A stretch of DNA of 56,353 bases, taken from assembly GCA_036257895.1 (NCBI GenBank), contig DATAES010000196.1, positions 1 to 56,353 of the forward strand, written 5' to 3'. Each line of letters opens with the position of its first letter. Position 1 is the stretch's first letter. A program made the position numbers and the translations under genes. The DNA is from Acidimicrobiales bacterium. Lineage in GTDB: Bacteria; Actinomycetota; Acidimicrobiia; Acidimicrobiales; JACDCH01. Under the pieces are notes generated by a model. It did not search any database, was not told the origin of the DNA, and saw nothing but the letters and a program-made list of their open reading frames with translations. Positions 13,210-21,193 of the stretch are shown one piece after another.

Positions 13210-14622
13210 ATGAGTGACGCCGACGAGCCCACTGTCATCGACCTGGCCGAATCCGTGCGCCGGGGCGAGCGCAAGGCGGTAGAGGTGCTGGACGACTACT
13301 TGGCTCGGATCGAGGTGGGCAACGAGCGGCTCAACGCGTTCGTGTACCTCGACGCCGACCTGGCCCGTGAAGCTGCGTCAGCGGTCGACGAGGCCGTCGC
13401 GCGTGGTGACGATCCCGGCCCGCTCGCCGGTGTGCCGTTCGGTGTGAAGGACCTCGAGCGGTGCAAGGGCATGCCGACCGACTACGGCTCGGTCCCGTTC
13501 GCAGGGCGCGATCCCGAATCCGAAGACGACATCAACGTTGCCCGCCTGAAGGCGGCGGGCGCAGTGGCCGTGGGCAAGACGTCGACGCCCGAGTTCGGAA
13601 CGCTCAACTTCACCAAGACCAAGGTCCACGGCATCACGCGCAATCCGTGGGACACGACCCGCACACCCGGTGGCTCCAGCGGCGGCACCGCGGCAGCCGT
13701 CGCCGCGGGCATCCTCCCGTTCGGAACCGCGTCGGACGGCGGCGGCTCGATCAGGATCCCGGCTGCGTTCAGCGGGCTGCTCGGCCACAAGTGCAGCCAC
13801 GGACGCATCCCGATCCCCGGCCCGACGGGAAACAACACGAGTGTGCGGGGATCGCTCACGACGACGGTGGCGGACACGGCTCGCATCCTCGATGTTCTTG
13901 CCGGTCCCGACGATCGCGACCGGTTCTCGTTGCCGCCCGCCGGCATCAACTACGAGGACTCGATCGAAACGACAGAAGTGCAAGGGCTGCGGGCGCGATG
14001 GTCGCTCGACCTCGGCTTCGCCACGGTCGATCCGGAGGTCGCGGAGATCGTGGAGGCGGCGGCGAATCGTCTCGTCGACGCAGCCGGACTGGTCGTCGAC
14101 AACGAGCCGGTTCAGTTCACCGATCCGGTCCGTGCATGGTTGACGACGGGCGCGATCACGTTGTGGCTCGAGATCGAGTCGGACATGTGGCCGGCGCGCG
14201 CCGACGACTTCACGTTGTGGACGCGGCGGTCGCTGGAACAGACCGAGAGCCAGACGTTGCAGAAGTACGCGCGGGCGATCAAGGCTCGTGAACAACTCGA
14301 GCTCGAGTGTGCGCAATTGTTTCGCGACGTCGACGTCGTGCTGTGCCCGACCACCGCGGTCCCGGCGTTCCCGGCCGAGGGCCCGCCTCCGTCGGTCATC
14401 GCCGGCGTCGACACCGGAAACGGCGCGATGGCGACACCGTTCACCATGCTCGGAAACTTGTGCTGGAACCCCGCGGTGTCGATCCCGTGCGGCCAGACGT
14501 CCGACGGGCTCCCTGTGGGACTCCAGGTCATCGCCCGTCGCCATCTCGACGAGATCCCGTTGCGCCTGGCTCGCATCTTCGAGCAGGACCAACCCTGGCC
14601 CCGCTTCGCCCCGGCGCCCTGA
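13210..14622 (+). CDS. Amidase (amidase-signature family)
   Basis: Start at MSDADEP (M62 of ORF 13027..14622). Contains GGSSGGTAAAVAAG and the SDGGGSIRIPA signature. Confidence 0.85.
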   Translation: MSDADEPTVIDLAESVRRGERKAVEVLDDYLARIEVGNERLNAFVYLDADLAREAASAVDEAVARGDDPGPLAGVPFGVKDLERCKGMPTDYGSVPFAGRDPESEDDINVARLKAAGAVAVGKTSTPEFGTLNFTKTKVHGITRNPWDTTRTPGGSSGGTAAAVAAGILPFGTASDGGGSIRIPAAFSGLLGHKCSHGRIPIPGPTGNNTSVRGSLTTTVADTARILDVLAGPDDRDRFSLPPAGINYEDSIETTEVQGLRARWSLDLGFATVDPEVAEIVEAAANRLVDAAGLVVDNEPVQFTDPVRAWLTTGAITLWLEIESDMWPARADDFTLWTRRSLEQTESQTLQKYARAIKAREQLELECAQLFRDVDVVLCPTTAVPAFPAEGPPPSVIAGVDTGNGAMATPFTMLGNLCWNPAVSIPCGQTSDGLPVGLQVIARRHLDEIPLRLARIFEQDQPWPRFAPAP

Positions 14623-14643
14623 ACCCCATACCCCCCGCCAATC

Positions 14644-14695
14644 CGAACTCCGGGTCACCGTGGCCCCTATAGGGGCCACGGTGCACCAACATTCG
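14644..14695 (+). repeat. 52-bp palindromic REP/MITE-like element, copy A
   Basis: CGAACTCCGGGTCACCGTGGCCCCTATAGGGGCCACGGTGCACCAACATTCG. The core 14656..14683 is a perfect 28-bp palindrome. Lies between the convergent amidase and PAC2 stops. Near-identical copies at 39397 and 52237. Confidence 0.9.
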
Positions 14696-14708
14696 CTTGG
14701 CGGGCTCG

Positions 14709-15572
14709 CTAGTCGCCGCCGTTGTCGCGCAGGAAGCGTTCGACTTCGGCGATGAGGTCACCCGAGCTGGCGGTGTCGGCCAGCGTGTCCTCCGCCGCCT
14801 CCTCGTCTGCGTCTTCTTCGAGACGCGCGACGTACGCGGCCGTGTCGTCGTCCTCGGCCACGAGCTCATCGATCTGGCGCTCGTACGCGGCAGTTGCGAT
14901 CTCGAGATCGGTGGTCGCCACCGGCGCCCGCAGCAGCGTCGAGAGCCGTTCGATCAGCGCGAGCGCGGCCTTGGGCGACGGTGCACTCGGCACGTACGTC
15001 GGCACGGTTGCCCACAGCGACACCGATGGGATGCCCGTGCGCCGGAACGCGTCGTGCAGGACGCCGACGATGCCGGTCGGGCCTTCGTAGGACGACTGGT
15101 GCAAGCCCAGCGAGCGCACGAGATCCGGGTCCTGCGTCGTGCCGACGACGTTGACCGGTCGGCTGTGGGGCACCTCTGCGAGCAGCGCGCCGAGCGTGAC
15201 GACGAGTCGCACGTCGTACTCACCTGCCACCACCACGATCTCCTCGCAAAATGTCCGCCAACGCAATTGCGGCTCGGTGCCGATCAGGAAGATGACATCC
15301 CGATCGCCGCCGGGCACAGCTGCCGCGGACATCGTGGTCGCCGGCCACACGATCTCGCGTTGCATGCCTTCGTCGAGATGCACCTGTGGACGGGTCGCCG
15401 TGAAGTCGAAGTAATCCTCGGGGTCGAACTCCGCGAAGACCTCGGCATCCCATCGCTCGGACAGGAACCGGGCCGCGAACGACGCGGCTTCGCCGGCGTC
15501 GTTCCAACCCTCGAAGCCGGCGACCAGCACGGGATTGCGCAGGTGAGGCTGTCCTCTGCGCACATGCGGCAT
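14709..15572 (-). CDS. PAC2 (proteasome assembly chaperone 2-like) family protein
   Basis: PVLVAGFEGWNDAGEAAS...LLAEVPHSRP...YEGPTGIVGVL, with an acidic C-terminal tail. 287 aa. Confidence 0.8.
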   Translation of the reverse strand: MPHVRRGQPHLRNPVLVAGFEGWNDAGEAASFAARFLSERWDAEVFAEFDPEDYFDFTATRPQVHLDEGMQREIVWPATTMSAAAVPGGDRDVIFLIGTEPQLRWRTFCEEIVVVAGEYDVRLVVTLGALLAEVPHSRPVNVVGTTQDPDLVRSLGLHQSSYEGPTGIVGVLHDAFRRTGIPSVSLWATVPTYVPSAPSPKAALALIERLSTLLRAPVATTDLEIATAAYERQIDELVAEDDDTAAYVARLEEDADEEAAEDTLADTASSGDLIAEVERFLRDNGGD

Positions 15573-15582
15573 CGGAACGACG

Positions 15583-16032
15583 CTATCGCCCGGACGTCGC
15601 CTCGGAACCCTCCGCGGACGCCGGGTCGAAGTCCAGCGAGAGCGAGTTGATGCAGTAGCGCAGGCCCTCGGGCCCCGGCCCGTCGGGGAACACGTGACCG
15701 AGATGCCCCCCGCACCGGGCGCACGTGACTTCGACGCGGTGCATGCCGTGGGAGTAGTCGTCCTCGGTCTTGATGTGCTCGGTGACAGCGGGTGACGTGA
15801 AGCTCGGCCAGCCCGTTCCGGAGTCGAACTTCGTGTCGGACGAGAACAGGTCGGCGCCGCACGCTGCGCACCGGTACATGCCGTCGTCGTGGTTGTACAC
15901 GTACTTTCCCGAGAACGGTGCTTCGGTGCCCTTGCGGCGGAGCACCTCGTACTGCTCGGGGGTCAGGTCGTCGCGCCATTCGTCATCGGACTTGTCGACG
16001 CGCTCGTCTGCGTTCGGGGCAGCTTCGTCCAT
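15583..16032 (-). CDS. msrB: Peptide-methionine (R)-S-oxide reductase
   Basis: [11 protein letters not shown]...GWPSF...[12 protein letters not shown]...RYCINS. Confidence 0.92.
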   Translation of the reverse strand: MDEAAPNADERVDKSDDEWRDDLTPEQYEVLRRKGTEAPFSGKYVYNHDDGMYRCAACGADLFSSDTKFDSGTGWPSFTSPAVTEHIKTEDDYSHGMHRVEVTCARCGGHLGHVFPDGPGPEGLRYCINSLSLDFDPASAEGSEATSGR

Positions 16033-17140
16033 GGCCCCAGCCTACGATTCGATCGTGCTCACGACGTCTCTCGAAGTTGACGCTTCCGCGCTCGAGCGTG
16101 CCACCGGATGGGCAGTCAAGCCCGAAGGCGCCTGCCGAGGTGAGGTGTGCGTGCCGTTGCCCCCCGAGGCCCGGGTCGACGGTGGCAGGATCAGGCTCGA
16201 CGTCGTCGCCGACCGGCTGGGCGCGCCGGTGGTGCACGACGAGGACCGTCAGCTGTGGTCGATGGGGCCGGCGACGGTGGCTGGCCGCGCTCTCGCGAGC
16301 GCTGAGGCTCCCGAGCTGGAACTGCCTGACGTCGACGGCAACGTCTTCAGGTTGTCGTCGCTCCGCGGGAAGAAGGTGCTGCTCGTCGCGTGGGCGTCTT
16401 GGTGAGGGTGTCGGGCGAGCCTGCCCGGGTGGCAGGCGTTCCGGGCTGAGCAGCACGACAACGACTTCGAAGTCGTCACGGTCGGGCTCGATGCGGGCGG
16501 TGCAGCGGCGGCACGCCCGTGGATCGAAGCCGCCAACCCCGACCATCCTTCGCTCATCGACGAGCATCACATCTGCGACGAGCTGTTCGGCATCACGAAC
16601 GTTCCGATGGCGGTGTGGATCGACGAGGACGGCATGATCGTGCGTCCCGCGGAGCCGGCGAGCGTCGAGGCGAGTCCCTTGCGCGACATGGAGGTGCCCG
16701 AGGGGCTGCCGGAACGCCTTCACGACATGCTCGTGGAGGTCACGCACATCCGCGACGACAGTGCTGCGTATCGCGCCGCGTTGGTCGATTGGATCGCAAG
16801 CGGCAGCGACAGCCGCTACGCGTTGTCGCCTGACGAGGTCGTGGCGCGATCGCAACCGCGCGGACACGACGAGGCAGAAGCGGCCGCTTGTTTCGAGCTC
16901 GGCCGGCACTGTCATGTCAACGGCGACGAGGAGGGTGCGGTGCGCTGGTGGCGAGAAGCCCATCGGCTCGACCCGAACAACTGGACCTACAAGCGCCAGG
17001 CGTGGAGCATCGCCACCACGCCGGACGGCGAGCCGAGCGACCTGATGCAGGGTCCAACGGAGTTGTACGAAGGCAACTGGCTCGACGACGTGAAGGCCAT
17101 CGGCGGGGGAGAGAACTACTACCCCGCCTTCGAGCCATGA
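16031..17140 (+). CDS. ResA/TlpA-like thioredoxin-fold protein with in-frame TGA (probable selenocysteine, codon 125) and TPR-like C-terminal region
   Basis: ORFs 15770..16405 and 16607..17140 share one frame (both coordinates mod 3 = 2). My translation of 16406..16606 has no stop. The only interruption is TGA 16403..16405, within ...[11 protein letters not shown][TGA][12 protein letters not shown]...FEVVTVGLD...[15 protein letters not shown]. Confidence 0.7.
16406..16437 (+). promoter_or_regulatory. Candidate bacterial SECIS hairpin
   Basis: 13 nt after the TGA: GCCUGCC (16419..16425) / loop CGGGU / GGCAGGC (16431..16437). The loop G/U residues lie about 24 nt from the UGA. Confidence 0.45.
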
Positions 17141-17538
17141 CGGAAGAGCCGACCGGCATCCTGAACCCGGCGGCCATCGACGCGATCACGACGGGCGACG
17201 ACGGAATCGTGGAACTGCACATCGAGCAGACCGCACCGTGGGACGGCACGGATCATCTGTTGCTGCTCACCCAGGAGAAACTCTGGAACTACCTGGCGTA
17301 CATCGCCGACGGCAAGCTCGCAGGTGAATACCCGGCGGCGAGGGAAGCGCCAGCGACGAGCCGCACTCGGCGGAGGCAGGAGCGAAGCGACGCCCGGAGC
17401 CGAGCAACATGGAGGGTGGTGTTCGAAACGCACGAGGAGCCCGACCGAAGAACGGTCGAGCTCCTCCAGCGAGCCGGCGAACAGTTTCGCCGGTTGGGGG
17501 GCGCTCTTGTCACGCGGCGGATGCCGGCCGATCGCTGA
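17137..17538 (+). CDS. Hypothetical protein (133 aa), ATGA-coupled to the upstream selenoprotein candidate
   Basis: [61 protein letters not shown]. Start overlaps the upstream stop (ATGA at 17137..17140). Confidence 0.55.
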   Translation: MTEEPTGILNPAAIDAITTGDDGIVELHIEQTAPWDGTDHLLLLTQEKLWNYLAYIADGKLAGEYPAAREAPATSRTRRRQERSDARSRATWRVVFETHEEPDRRTVELLQRAGEQFRRLGGALVTRRMPADR

Positions 17539-17677
17539 CGAGCACTGCCTCGTCGAGCCGGCGCGCCATCGCGTCGACGGCCCATGACTCGGCGGCCCGC
17601 TGCTCGGTGAGCAGGCGTGCGTTGGCGACTGCGCCGTCGTTGCCGAGCTGTCGCATCCACGCGATGACCGCCGTCAT
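17510..17677 (-). CDS. Candidate small ORF (55 aa), below the ORF-track size cutoff
   Basis: Hand translation: MTAVIAWMRQLGNDGAVANARLLTEQRAAESWAVDAMARRLDEAVLVSDRPASAA. Third-codon positions are almost all G/C. No recognisable motif and weak SD spacing. Confidence 0.25.
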   Translation of the reverse strand: MTAVIAWMRQLGNDGAVANARLLTEQRAAESWAVDAMARRLDEAVLVSDRPASAA

Positions 17678-17854
17678 GCTCCGAACGGTACGAAATGCGT
17701 GTGTCGGGCGGTCGACACGACCGTGTCCAGTCCGTCACGATCGGATGAACGATCGCTTTCGCAGCTCCCGTGCGTAGGCTCACGACAACTGCAAGAACGC
17801 GATCAGCGCGCACGGACCCGGGTACAGGACCCGCGTACAGACCCAGGAGGCAGC

Positions 17855-19393
17855 ATGGCCGAGGGCACACCCACCCGCACCGTGGCCGAGGTCATGAGCG
17901 CACCACCGGTGACTGCGGTTCCATCGGAAACGTTGGCCGATGCGTCGAGCCGCATGCGTGACCGAGGCGTCGGCTCCGTCATCGTGGTGGACGGCGAACG
18001 TCCCATAGGCATCTTGACCGAGCGTGATCTCGTGCGCTTCGCGGCATCCGGTGCCGACGCGAGTGGCACGAAGGTCAGCGAGTGGATGACCGAGGACCCT
18101 GATCGCATCGGTCCTGACGTTTTCGTGCAGGAAGCGTTCGCGTCGCTGGCGTCGCACGGGTACCGGCACATACCCGTGGTCGAAGAGGGCCGTCTCGTCG
18201 GCGTCGTCTCGATGCGCGACCTCATGAAGGTGGCGCAGATCCAACCGGTCGTCCATCCGTCGACCATCGAGGCGCCACAGGGGCTCGAGGGTGTGATCGT
18301 CGCCGAGACGTCGGTCGGCGATGTACGCGGTCGGCAGGGCTTCTACCACTACAGGCAGTACAACGCCGTCGAGCTCGCCGACAAGCGACCTCTGGAAGAC
18401 GCATGGAGGCTGCTGTTCGACGGCCAGCTGCCGACACGGCAGGAGCGTGAAGCGTTCCGTCGCGAGATCGCCCCGCTGCGTCGCATCCCCGATGCGGTGC
18501 GACCGATCCTTCCCGAGATCGCGCAGGCTTCGGCTTCGGTGATGGAGGGATTGCGCACGGCGCTGTCGCTCATCGGCGCGGTGGAAGGCTTCAAACCGAC
18601 GCTCGACATTCCTGCGGAGGTGCGTCGCGCCAATGCGATGCAGCTCTGCGCTGTCACGCCGACACTGATCATGGCGTTGCATCGCCACAAGGAAGGCCTC
18701 GAGCCGATCGAGCCGCGCGACGACCTCGGCTATGGCGCCAACTACCTGTGGATGCTCACCGGTGAAGAAGCGGACCCCGACATCGCCCGCGCCGTCGAGC
18801 AGTACCAGATCACGACGATCGATCACGGCTTCAACGCGTCGACGTTCACGGCCCGAGTCATCGTGTCGACCGGCGCCGACGTGAGCGCCGCAGTGGTCGG
18901 CGGCATCGGCGCGCTGTCCGGACCGCTCCACGGTGGCGCCCCGTCGCGTGCCCTCGATCTCCTCGACGCAATCGGAACACCCGAGAACGCGCGGCCCTAC
19001 TTGGTCGACCTGGTACAGCGAGGCCAGCGGATCATGGGCTTCGGTCACCGCGTCTACAAGACCGACGATCCGCGCTCGATCTTCCTGCGCGGCGTAGCCG
19101 AGCGGATCCAGGCGCCGAAGGTCGAGTTCGCCAAGCAGGTCGAGCAGACCGTGGTCGACGTGCTCGCCGAGCTGAAGCCCGGACGCGACCTGTACGCGAA
19201 CGTCGAGTTCTACGCCGGCGTGGTGATGGACTGCGCGCTGCCCCGCGCGTTGTTCACACCGACATTCGCATCCTCCCGAGTGATCGGCTGGGCCGCCAAC
19301 CTGCTGGAGCAAGCCGCCGACAACCGCATCATCCGGCCCTCGGCGCGCTACGTGGGTCCTCGGCCTCCGGTGCCCGTACCCGACGAGGCATGA
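17855..19393 (+). CDS. CBS-pair domain fused to citrate (or 2-methylcitrate) synthase
   Basis: Start at MAEGTP, preceded by a GGAGG SD. CBS pair: VAEVMSAPPVTA...GVGSVIVVD...GILTERDL...HIPVVEEGRLVGVVSMRDL. Citrate synthase part: LEGVIVAETSVGDV...GFGHRVYKTDDPRS. Confidence 0.85.
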   Translation: MAEGTPTRTVAEVMSAPPVTAVPSETLADASSRMRDRGVGSVIVVDGERPIGILTERDLVRFAASGADASGTKVSEWMTEDPDRIGPDVFVQEAFASLASHGYRHIPVVEEGRLVGVVSMRDLMKVAQIQPVVHPSTIEAPQGLEGVIVAETSVGDVRGRQGFYHYRQYNAVELADKRPLEDAWRLLFDGQLPTRQEREAFRREIAPLRRIPDAVRPILPEIAQASASVMEGLRTALSLIGAVEGFKPTLDIPAEVRRANAMQLCAVTPTLIMALHRHKEGLEPIEPRDDLGYGANYLWMLTGEEADPDIARAVEQYQITTIDHGFNASTFTARVIVSTGADVSAAVVGGIGALSGPLHGGAPSRALDLLDAIGTPENARPYLVDLVQRGQRIMGFGHRVYKTDDPRSIFLRGVAERIQAPKVEFAKQVEQTVVDVLAELKPGRDLYANVEFYAGVVMDCALPRALFTPTFASSRVIGWAANLLEQAADNRIIRPSARYVGPRPPVPVPDEA

Positions 19394-19824
19394 AGGTCGA
19401 GATCTTCGACGGTGAGGTCGACGAACTCGCCGACGCGTTCGCGTACCTGGTGCCTCAGCTGTCGAAGTCGAACCCGCCGCCTGGGGTCGACTTCGTCCAG
19501 GCCATGCTGGGCTCGGACGCGATCACGCAGTTCGTCGCCCGGGACGACGGCGGCCGGATCGTCGGCGTCGCCACACTCGTGATCTTCCCGATCCCCACCG
19601 CGTGGCGAGCGTGGATCGAAGACGTGATCGTCGACGAGTCGACAGCCGGTCGCGGCATCGGCACCGCGCTCACCGAGGCCATGCTCGAACACGCCCGCGC
19701 CGCAGGATGCAAGACCGTCGACCTCACGTCTCGTCCCAAACGCGAGGCCGCGAACCACATGTATCGCAAGCTCGGTTTCGTGCAGCGCGACACGAACGTG
19801 TACCGGTACGACCTGAACGTGTAG
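19390..19824 (+). CDS. GNAT family N-acetyltransferase
   Basis: IEDVIVDESTAGRGIGTALTEAML...MYRKLGF. ATGA overlap with the upstream stop. Confidence 0.85.
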   Translation: MKVEIFDGEVDELADAFAYLVPQLSKSNPPPGVDFVQAMLGSDAITQFVARDDGGRIVGVATLVIFPIPTAWRAWIEDVIVDESTAGRGIGTALTEAMLEHARAAGCKTVDLTSRPKREAANHMYRKLGFVQRDTNVYRYDLNV

Positions 19825-19849
19825 GCCTCAGGGAGGACGCGAAGACTTG

Positions 19850-20623
19850 TCAGCGCGGCTTGGACCTGAGCTTGAAGAGCGCGCCTGTGGAATCCGTGCA
19901 GGTGGCGAGGCGTCCGTACGGCGTGTCCTCGGCAGGCGTTACCGTCGCACCGCCGAGATCGGCGACCTTGGCCAGCGTCCCGTCGACGTCAGCGGTGCCG
20001 AAGTAGATCGACCAGCTCGCAGGGACGCCTTCGGGCATGAAGCCGGTCGCGTCCATGATCCCGGCCAGGGCGTCGTCGCCCTCGCCGAGGGTCGTGTACC
20101 GGAACTCCGGGCTGTCGCTGACCGGGTGTGCGTCCCACTTGAACACGTCCTCGTAGAAGCGGACGGACGCGTCGTAGTCCCGGGTGTGCAGTTCGCACCA
20201 GCTCGGCGTTCCCGGCTCGTCGACGAGGCCGAAGCCCTTGTTGAGCCCCGGCTGCCAACCGCCGATGGCTGCGCCACCGGCATCGCTGACCACCACCATG
20301 CTCCCGAGGTCGCCCACTTCCATGGCGGGGACGATGACCTCGCCGCCGTGAGCGGGCGCGGCTTCGCCGACCTTCTGCGCATCGTCGGTGGCGAGATAGA
20401 CCGACCAGAGGTTCGGCATGCCGGTCGAACCGTCGTTGCGCATACAGCCGCCAACGGAAATGCCGTCCTTGAAGAAGTTGATGTAGCCGCCGTACTCCTC
20501 GCCGGTCTGCTCGGAGGTCCAGCCGAACAGCTCGCCGTAGAACGCGCGGCCCTTGTCGGTGTCGGAGGTGAACAATTCGATCCAACACGGGGCACCTGTC
20601 GGAGCTGAGTCTCGCTTGGGCAC
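19850..20623 (-). CDS. VOC (glyoxalase/bleomycin-resistance) family protein, two-domain
   Basis: Duplicated PCWIELFTSD...FYGELFGW / PSWCELHTRD...FYEDVFKW modules. Confidence 0.8.
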   Translation of the reverse strand: MPKRDSAPTGAPCWIELFTSDTDKGRAFYGELFGWTSEQTGEEYGGYINFFKDGISVGGCMRNDGSTGMPNLWSVYLATDDAQKVGEAAPAHGGEVIVPAMEVGDLGSMVVVSDAGGAAIGGWQPGLNKGFGLVDEPGTPSWCELHTRDYDASVRFYEDVFKWDAHPVSDSPEFRYTTLGEGDDALAGIMDATGFMPEGVPASWSIYFGTADVDGTLAKVADLGGATVTPAEDTPYGRLATCTDSTGALFKLRSKPR

Positions 20624-20752
20624 GGTGGCCTCCTTCTCGTCAGTGGTCGGTGAGTCGTGTCAGCACATTCGACCGCGCCCGACCCGGGAATTCATCGGGG
20701 AACTCGCGTCGAGTTTTGCGTGAAGTTCGGCCGGCCGCCTAGTCAGGTGGGG

Positions 20753-21184
20753 ATGAACCCCGCCGACCCGTTCCCGGCTCGCCGTCTTGGCGTCCTCACC
20801 TGCATGGATGCTCGGATCGACGTACTCGCGGCGCTCGGTCTCGAGCTCGGTGACGCGATCGTGCTGCGCAATGCAGGCGGGCGAGTCACGGATGACGTGC
20901 TGCGTAGTCTGGCCGTGGCGACGCACAAGCTCGATGTCGAGTCGGTGGTCGTGATGCAGCACACCCAATGCGGGGTCTTGGGCGTGACCGACGACGATCT
21001 GCAGACGCTCACTGGCGCCGACCTCGACTTCTTCCCGATCGACGATCACGCGGCCGCGCTCAGAGCGGACGTGGAGCTGCTCGCCACGAAGCCGTACCTC
21101 GAACGAGTGCAGGGAATCTCGGGATTCGTCTACGACGTCGTCAGTGGTGAAGTCGAAGATGTCGTCCGCTGGCAACGTCCCTGA
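20753..21184 (+). CDS. Beta-class carbonic anhydrase-like protein
   Basis: LGVLTCMDARID...VLRNAGGRVTDD...VMQHTQCG (Cys-Asp-Arg...His-Cys zinc ligand pattern). Start at M33 of ORF 20657..21184 preferred; 20657 is possible. Confidence 0.75.
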   Translation: MNPADPFPARRLGVLTCMDARIDVLAALGLELGDAIVLRNAGGRVTDDVLRSLAVATHKLDVESVVVMQHTQCGVLGVTDDDLQTLTGADLDFFPIDDHAAALRADVELLATKPYLERVQGISGFVYDVVSGEVEDVVRWQRP

Positions 21185-21193
21185 GGGTTCTGA

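Noticed and set aside
15918-16637. A frameshift, rather than a TGA read-through, as the explanation for the split thioredoxin-like gene. The ORF in the adjacent frame covers the junction.
   Set aside because: That frame encodes Arg/Ser/Gly-rich nonsense. The two homologous halves are in the same frame with a single TGA between them, so no frameshift is needed.
20657-20752. The longer N-terminus for the beta-carbonic anhydrase (start at 20657).
   Set aside because: The extra 32 codons have atypical codon usage. They would leave only 33 bp to the divergent VOC gene. It is kept as an alternative only.
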